Positions 57,966 to 64,000 of a stretch of DNA of 64,000 nt are shown piece by piece. The position numbers and the translations under genes are program-made. Numbering within the stretch: the first letter of the stretch is position 1; each line of letters opens with the position of its first letter. This stretch comes from an uncultured virus (IMG/VR IMGVR_UViG_3300042477_000802). Taxonomy: Duplodnaviria; Heunggongvirae; Uroviricota; Caudoviricetes. The DNA lies in the IMG/VR virus record IMGVR_UViG_3300042477_000802, positions 1 through 64,000 of that record; one strand, given 5' to 3'. The notes beneath the pieces are model-generated. The model had not been told where the DNA came from. It worked only from the letters and a program-made list of their open reading frames with translations, and searched no databases.

Positions 57966-58224
57966 AATTTGCCCTAACGGTCCCTAAGTCTCCTTAACTT
58001 TTCTTGGAGTCTTTCTTTTTTAAGAGTTACATCAATTAATTTAGTTTCTAAAGAAAGAAATTCATTTCTTAAAGAATTTAATTCTTTTTTAATTTCTGAC
58101 CGAGCTTCATCTAATTTACTAATTAGAAGCATCAATTCTTGTTCTAACATGCAAATCCTTTATGTTATTAGCCCCAGCCTACGCCAATAACGATGACATC
58201 CTGTTGATATCTTTCCGATTGAAA

Positions 58225-58458
58225 TTAACTTAATCCCTTAACAAACTCTTGACGCTCCTCATCTGTTAATCGATTCCAGAAAGCTACGCCTTCTTCAGTG
58301 GCGTTGAGCTCCCTCACAATTTCAGTTCCTTGAGTAAACCAAACTTCTTCAGCCTCTCGATTCCAATGACGATATTTAACTGAACGAGTCTTAACGACGA
58401 CCTTAGTCACCTTTTCACGAGGCTTACTCAGTTTATTAGTAATTTCACATCGAAACAT
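58225..58458 (-). CDS. hypothetical protein
   Basis: ORF with GGAG RBS. Confidence 0.6.
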   Translation of the reverse strand: MFRCEITNKLSKPREKVTKVVVKTRSVKYRHWNREAEEVWFTQGTEIVRELNATEEGVAFWNRLTDEERQEFVKGLS

Positions 58459-59054
58459 ATATCACTCCATTTCTTCCTGAGACCGCCGCTTGCCGCCCCT
58501 ACGTTTAGTTACTTCTACATCCTTAGGCTGCTCTACCTCTACTTCTGGAAGAGCTTCTCGCATCTTGCCCTGGAAACGGGTAAGATGAACATTCTCATCT
58601 AGAATATATGATTCACTACCAAAAGTGACCACAATCCCGCCCTCTGTTCCCTGAACATGGGAATCAACTACCCCCAAACTTCCAGATAACTTCTGAGCAA
58701 ACTTATGCCCAATATAAGTTACCTTATCACCTGCCTGAAACCTCTTAAAAAACTTCATGTAAATTATTTCCTTTATCGTAAAAAAGTTAACGAATAAATA
58801 AGTATCAGTCACACAATTGTTCAAGTCCCTATTTATTCTGCTTGCTACTCTTGATATTTCAAACTGACATAGCAAAGACTAAGAATTTTTAGAAGAACCT
58901 TCAGAAGGATCATCTTCATCATATCCAGAAGCAATAACTTCGGATTTGACTTCCTCACAAGGAGGAAGAGGTTTCTTAGTCTTATAATAAGCGGCTACCA
59001 AAAATACCACTAAAGTGAGTACCACTGGTAACATTACTAGCATAAAAGCATCAA

Positions 59055-59348
59055 TCATTTTCCACCCTTATCAGACTTCTTACGTCGAGCTTGCTTAGTA
59101 GCCTGGCCTACTTCCTTGGCTCGTCGAATAGTATCTGCCGAACGAGGCGTGTTATTCTTGCCACTCTTATTGGCTTTCCAGAGTGCAACATCAGGATTAT
59201 CCTTGAGAGAACGAACGAATTGCTTGAGTGTACCAGGACACTTCTTAGCATGCCAAAGAGCCTTCAATCGAGAGCCCGGACTTCCATGACCAACTTCTCC
59301 ACGATTACCACGATTATTATCTTCACTCATAATACTGTTCCTTTGCAC
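59055..59348 (-). CDS. hypothetical basic protein
   Basis: ORF track. Confidence 0.6.
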   Translation of the reverse strand: MQRNSIMSEDNNRGNRGEVGHGSPGSRLKALWHAKKCPGTLKQFVRSLKDNPDVALWKANKSGKNNTPRSADTIRRAKEVGQATKQARRKKSDKGGK

Positions 59349-59603
59349 TCGCCTAGGGCGATTCAGTTGTTATTGTTAAGTATTCTACTGCGTAAGTGTA
59401 GTAGAATAAATTCTAATTGACAGAAGATTCTGTCTCAAATCCCATCATGACTCGGATGAAATCTACCTCATCCCAACCACAAGCATTAATAAATGCTCGA
59501 ATAAAATCACAATGTTGACTAATTCCTTCTAAATCAGAAAGAGGAAATTCCTTTTCATACAATTTATCTACCTGATCTGATACGTATTGATACGGTAATT
59601 TCA

Positions 59604-59948
59604 CTATGGCTCCAAACTGTCCCATTGATTGGGACCGCAAGTATAATAAACTTTCTTGACTTTGGCTCGACGCATAGCTCTCATACAATCAGCACACGGC
59701 TGACTGTTGGCCCATTGACCATTTTTAGTCACACGGGCCAAATAAACAATAGCTCCCTGATCTAACTTTCTCACTAACCGAGCCTCACAATGAGAACTAG
59801 GAACCGGACCACTAGGGTGCCCATTATAGGCATACACCATCACATCATCACTGCGAAGTGCAATGGCACCCAAACAAAAGCTCCTTTTGTTTTTATAAAT
59901 CCTAGCCGCCTTCGCTGCTAGAGTTAATAATTTTTTAGGATTTTTCAT
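59604..59948 (-). CDS. cytidine/deoxycytidylate deaminase-like protein
   Basis: HCE and PCADC Zn-binding motifs. Confidence 0.8.
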   Translation of the reverse strand: MKNPKKLLTLAAKAARIYKNKRSFCLGAIALRSDDVMVYAYNGHPSGPVPSSHCEARLVRKLDQGAIVYLARVTKNGQWANSQPCADCMRAMRRAKVKKVYYTCGPNQWDSLEP

Positions 59949-60381
59949 ATAATTTTATTAACGCTCGCTGAGCACGTTTTTCAATTTCTTCCCAAGAAGT
60001 ATTTAGCGCTACTAATTGTCTAGCCCATTCTCTTTTGAAGAGATCGACTGGATAGCTAGAATATTCTAGACACTTACTAAAAGAAGTAGCTGGCAACAAG
60101 TGCCAGGACTTTACTCCTTGAGGATGATCGGAGTCATAATATTTTCCTTTATATCGGATAAAGGCATGACTTTCAACGCTACAGAGCGTGGTGTGTCGAA
60201 ATAACAAATGGGCCGAATAGGCCCATAAAAAACACCGACCAAAATTAATAATGGTCGGGTCAATATCGTAAAAAATTTGGTTAGTGATAAATTGTGGGTC
60301 GAAGTTTGACCGTCGAATCAAGGCATATTTTTTCCAATATTTCATCCCAGTTCCATCCGCAACAAGAAAGATATGCTTCAA
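59935..60381 (-). CDS. hypothetical protein
   Basis: INFGRC..W...HAF......YYD; true start probably downstream of 60381. Confidence 0.55.
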   Translation of the reverse strand: MKHIFLVADGTGMKYWKKYALIRRSNFDPQFITNQIFYDIDPTIINFGRCFLWAYSAHLLFRHTTLCSVESHAFIRYKGKYYDSDHPQGVKSWHLLPATSFSKCLEYSSYPVDLFKREWARQLVALNTSWEEIEKRAQRALIKLYEKS

Positions 60382-60483
60382 TTAATTCAGCTCTATCAAC
60401 TGTATTAGTTGAGTTAACATCAGTAAACATTAACCGATCTAATCCTAGACTCACTTCTTCGTAAGATAGCTTTTTCATGTTAC

Positions 60484-60515
60484 TAGGGACCAGTAAAAAA
60501 ATTTAGTCGCTGGGA
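60484..60515 (-). promoter_or_regulatory. bipartite phage promoter-like motif, copy 5
   Basis: TCCCAGCGACTAAA-N14-CCTA. Confidence 0.7.
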
Positions 60516-60691
60516 CGCGTTACAGTCTCACGGTAATTACCGTGACACTAAAAATATGTTAGTTGTTCTTGGTAGAAATAATTTGCCGTAACATTTCCAT
60601 CCGACAAAAGCGATCATAATCGCCTGCCGCGAAAGCTTCCTTCATCCAAATATTTAAAATTTCTACTGCAATATCCTGCATAATTTCTCCA

Positions 60692-61294
60692 TCACCACAA
60701 AGTTTTTAACTTAAGTAATTTCAAGTATTCTTTTTCAGAATTTATTCTTTTACCATTTAAAAACCATTTTTTAGTTCCATTAGACAATTCCATGGCTGGG
60801 CCATCTTCTCGATGAAGAGAGCCGTGAATATACCATGATTTATCTCCATCAGTATCTATGATAGCGGGACCATCTGTTCGATGAAGCTTACCATCAAGAT
60901 ACCATTCTTGATCTCCATTTTCGCATTCTTTGGCTGGGCCATCTTCTCGATGGCGCTTTCCATTAATCCACCACTCTTTATCTTCATAGGCTTCTACGGC
61001 TGGACCATCTAGTCGATGGTGTTGACCATGAAGATACCATTCTTGAGTCCGGTAGCTGATGAGTGCAGGACCATCTTCTCGATGAAATTTGCCATTTAAC
61101 ATAAATGTTATGAGTCCTTCAGGACCAAATTTTAATTTCGATCCTTTACCTAGAGGAATAGTTAGCTCTTCCTTTTCAAGGTCTATAACTATATTTTTAG
61201 TTAGAGGCTTATCTTTGGAAAAAAGGACCTTCATAATGTCATTTTTATTTAATAAAATTTGTGCATTATTCTGGTTGATTCGTTTTTTTATCAT
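60692..61294 (-). CDS. HREDGPA-repeat family protein with N-terminal extension (cluster I)
   Basis: 5 repeats; KLKTLW tail. Confidence 0.88.
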   Translation of the reverse strand: MIKKRINQNNAQILLNKNDIMKVLFSKDKPLTKNIVIDLEKEELTIPLGKGSKLKFGPEGLITFMLNGKFHREDGPALISYRTQEWYLHGQHHRLDGPAVEAYEDKEWWINGKRHREDGPAKECENGDQEWYLDGKLHRTDGPAIIDTDGDKSWYIHGSLHREDGPAMELSNGTKKWFLNGKRINSEKEYLKLLKLKTLW

Positions 61295-61606
61295 AAAGTT
61301 TTTGGCTTAACTAATTTCCAATACTCTTCTTCGGAATACTCTTTACCTTGAAGGAACCATTTTTTTAGTTCCATTAGCTTTTTCTACTGCTGGCCCATCT
61401 TCTCGATGAAGTTTATCATCGATAAACCATCCTTTACTTCCATCAGCCCATTCTAATGCCGGCCCATCTTCTCGATGTAATTTACCATGAAGATACCACT
61501 CTTTACCTCCATCAGCCCATTCTATTGCCGGACCATCTTCTCGATGTAACTTATTATTCCAATAATAATATTTAGAGCCAAATTTATCTTTTTTAATTTT
61601 TTTCAT
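61291..61606 (-). pseudogene. HREDGPA gene frameshifted in an A7 tract
   Basis: Extra A at ~61360-61366; tail continues in another frame as WFLQGKEYSEEEYWKLVKPKTL*. Confidence 0.8.
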
Positions 61607-61609
61607 ATT

Positions 61610-61924
61610 TCACCACAAAGCTTTCAGTTTGACTACTCGCCAATATTCTTCTTCTGAATATTCTTTACCTTGAAGAAACCACTCTTTATCTCCATTAGCA
61701 TATTCTGCTGCTGGACCATCTTCTCGATGTAATTTGTCATGAAGAAACCAAAATTTAGTTCCATTAGCATATTCTACGGCTGGTCCATCTTTTCGATGTC
61801 GTTGGCCATGAAACCACCATTCTTTATGACCACGAGTACTTGCTACCGCTGGACCATCTTCTCGATGTAAGAGACCATTCCAATAATATTTAGAGCCATA
61901 TTCATCTATCTTAATTTCTTGCAT
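61610..61924 (-). CDS. HREDGPA-repeat family protein (cluster I)
   Basis: 3 repeats. Confidence 0.9.
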   Translation of the reverse strand: MQEIKIDEYGSKYYWNGLLHREDGPAVASTRGHKEWWFHGQRHRKDGPAVEYANGTKFWFLHDKLHREDGPAAEYANGDKEWFLQGKEYSEEEYWRVVKLKALW

Positions 61925-61997
61925 ACTTTACCATAAAGCTTTCAATTTAACCATTCGCCAATTTTACCATAAAGATTTTAGTTTAACTAGTGGTAGT

Positions 61998-62483
61998 TCA
62001 TTTAATGGTAGAGATTCCGTTAAAAAACGCACTCATCAACTTACAAGATTGACAGACAAAAGTTTTATTACTTTGATCCGGATGAGCATACTCATAATAT
62101 TGACCACATGGTCCACGACAAGTAGCTCCCTCCTCCAACTCATACGAGGTATCTACCGTATATGGAAATCTAATCTTCTTAATTCTAAATGCTTTATGAA
62201 TATCCTTTTCATAGACATGAAAAGAACGATGATGATTAATCATCCAATGATATTTAACATAATGATTGAATTTAGTTAATGCACTTTGATATTGTTTATT
62301 ATCAAGCAGCTCATTAATTTCTTCCGCCACTTGTAATTCTTTAGCAATTTGAAAATCAAAATGATTGTTAATCACATCTACCATATCAGCACAAGCAGAT
62401 TGTAAAGCTTCTTCCTTACTATTATAGATAGTAATATTTACTTCTTGCTCCATATGGTGAGCATATTCAACAATCCAGGGCAT
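61998..62483 (-). CDS. hypothetical protein with C-terminal Zn finger
   Basis: CRGPC...CQSC. Confidence 0.65.
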   Translation of the reverse strand: MPWIVEYAHHMEQEVNITIYNSKEEALQSACADMVDVINNHFDFQIAKELQVAEEINELLDNKQYQSALTKFNHYVKYHWMINHHRSFHVYEKDIHKAFRIKKIRFPYTVDTSYELEEGATCRGPCGQYYEYAHPDQSNKTFVCQSCKLMSAFFNGISTIK

Positions 62484-62495
62484 CTGTTCTCCTAA

Positions 62496-62972
62496 TTAAT
62501 ATTTGATAGTTTGACCATTCGGAGTTACTCTACCATAAGTAGAACCATTAGAATAAATATATTTATCTTCATGGCATTCATAATCCCTATGATCTTCAAA
62601 GTTTTCTGGCTTGATATATTTACATAAATCGTAACAAACTGTATCTCCGCATGTTTTACGGATATGATTTAAATGGTCAATTACATCTTGCTTACTTTGA
62701 TATTTTTTATCGACATTAGCCTGGTAGATGTCAGGGCCATCTTCTCGATATAGTTGACCATTAACATAATATTTTTTAGTCTCCCCTTTAACGGAGCTAT
62801 TTGTTTGCTCATTAATTTTTACTGAAAAAGGCTCTGGTAGTGGAGGATTCAAGTTTAATTGATATTTATCAATCAAATTATTGACCGCAGTTAATGCAGC
62901 GGCGGCCTCATGTTTATTATCGCTCTTAGCGAGCGATAATAATTTTTCTACTTTTTCAATTTTAGATTTCAT
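62496..62972 (-). CDS. DUF2786-like N-terminus fused to one degenerate HREDGP unit
   Basis: KVEKLLSLA.S.N.HEA..A......LI.KY; YYVNGQLYREDGP. Confidence 0.65.
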   Translation of the reverse strand: MKSKIEKVEKLLSLAKSDNKHEAAAALTAVNNLIDKYQLNLNPPLPEPFSVKINEQTNSSVKGETKKYYVNGQLYREDGPDIYQANVDKKYQSKQDVIDHLNHIRKTCGDTVCYDLCKYIKPENFEDHRDYECHEDKYIYSNGSTYGRVTPNGQTIKY

Positions 62973-64000
62973 TTTTTACTAGAAGCTAAATACAGCTCCC
63001 TCTTAGCACGAGTATAAGCGACATAAGTAAGATTGTCTTCTTCGATTCCGGTGCCAGGTCGATAAGTATCAGAGAGCATAAAAACCCTATCACGCTCCAA
63101 GCCCTTGGCTTTATGAGTAGTAGAGAGCATCACTCGATCCCTCCGATCATCTCCCTCATGGAATAACTTCTCAATATTAACCTTTACCTCTTCCAAAGAC
63201 CGAGTTCCCTCACATAGAGTACGAAGGCAATCCATCTTATCAGAGATGATATCCGTACTTCGCTTGGACTTGCTTAGTCGCTCCAATTCCGAATTCTCAT
63301 ATTCCTCTAACCAATTTAAGAAATTAATAACCGACTCAGCCTTAGAGCGGCGAATCAAGGCGATCATATTTTTGCCTAAATCCTTGCCCTGAATATTAGC
63401 CGGAATATGAGCTTTTAATAAATTGAGACACCATCGAATCAAAGGTGCATTCGTGCGCGAGAGAATGAAATCTCCAGGCTTTACCTTATCTAAGATTTGA
63501 TGGTCTGAAATCTCAGAGACCAAACCTTCTTCGGCTGAAGGGGCCGCCTGTAAATCAGGAACAAATTGTTGAGCCAAAGCCACAATTGCTTTAGCACAAC
63601 GATAAGTAACTGAGAGAGTTAATCTTTTAGATTGAAGACGATTAACAATGTTTTGAATAGCATTGCTATCGGCACCCATAAAGGAGTAAATAGCTTGTCG
63701 CTCATCTCCGACCGAGATAACTCGGCCATGACGACCTGCTGAACGAAGAGCCAATTCAATTTGAGCTTTGTTTAAGTCTTGAGCCTCATCGACAAAGACC
63801 ATGCCATAAGTTTCTAATGGAGCTTGATACACATTGGGAAACCAAATCATATCATCAAAATCCATGCGATGAGTATCATTCTTACAACCAGTCATGACTT
63901 TAATGACGCTCGTAATAAAAGACTCTCGAGTCGTATTGCAAGTATCAATATCATGACGGTCCATGATCTCATCGATATCTTCGTACCTGTCTGCCAGATA
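62969..64000 (-). CDS. UvrD/Rep-like SF1 helicase (5'-partial)
   Basis: DFDD, VDEAQD, VGDERQAIYSFMGA, L..TYR, THKAKGLE, YVAYTRA; frame open to the window edge. Confidence 0.92.
   Translation of the reverse strand, partial: YLADRYEDIDEIMDRHDIDTCNTTRESFITSVIKVMTGCKNDTHRMDFDDMIWFPNVYQAPLETYGMVFVDEAQDLNKAQIELALRSAGRHGRVISVGDERQAIYSFMGADSNAIQNIVNRLQSKRLTLSVTYRCAKAIVALAQQFVPDLQAAPSAEEGLVSEISDHQILDKVKPGDFILSRTNAPLIRWCLNLLKAHIPANIQGKDLGKNMIALIRRSKAESVINFLNWLEEYENSELERLSKSKRSTDIISDKMDCLRTLCEGTRSLEEVKVNIEKLFHEGDDRRDRVMLSTTHKAKGLERDRVFMLSDTYRPGTGIEEDNLTYVAYTRAKRELYLASSKK

Noticed and set aside
60500..60516. CGCTGGGAC resembling the end of a CasPhi repeat
   Set aside because: No ATTG-stem 5' half; it is part of the promoter-like motif
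658..62972. Diversity-generating retroelement behind the paralog variation
   Set aside because: No reverse transcriptase in the window and no template/variable pair differing only at adenines was noticed

Overview
AT-rich (roughly one-third GC by eye) segment of a large or jumbo bacteriophage genome. It is densely coding, mostly on the minus strand, and contains no rRNA or bacterial core operons. Main contents: (1) about 48 paralogous small genes in 9 tandem clusters, built from ~23-aa 'HREDGPA(I/V)E..NG.K.W(Y/W)' repeats between a conserved MQEIK head and a conserved YWR.VKLK(A/T)LW* tail, with orphan heads/tails and chimeras at recurrent breakpoints; (2) a tRNA region (16.2-25.7 kb) with 11 tRNA genes, one split by an IS607 element and three with atypical folds, interleaved with Y-RNA-like hairpins and a 32-nt pseudoknot-like repeat, next to a Ro60/TROVE gene; (3) two TnpB elements and five free-standing homing-endonuclease-like genes; (4) translation, RNA-repair and metabolic genes (lysS, TrmH, RNA ligase, aminotransferase, fatty-acid hydroxylase, kinase, DNA methylase, 5'-3' exonuclease, UvrD-like helicase); (5) a fixed-spacing bipartite promoter-like motif in 5 copies. 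The most striking unexplained signal is three solitary, covarying hairpins (ATTG-CTC(C/T)A-TNNG-T(G/A)GAG-AC) that match the 3' end of Cas12j (CasPhi) CRISPR repeats. They sit in leaders of genes or a tRNA rather than in an array, and no cas gene is in this window. All family calls come from motif recognition by eye, not database searches.
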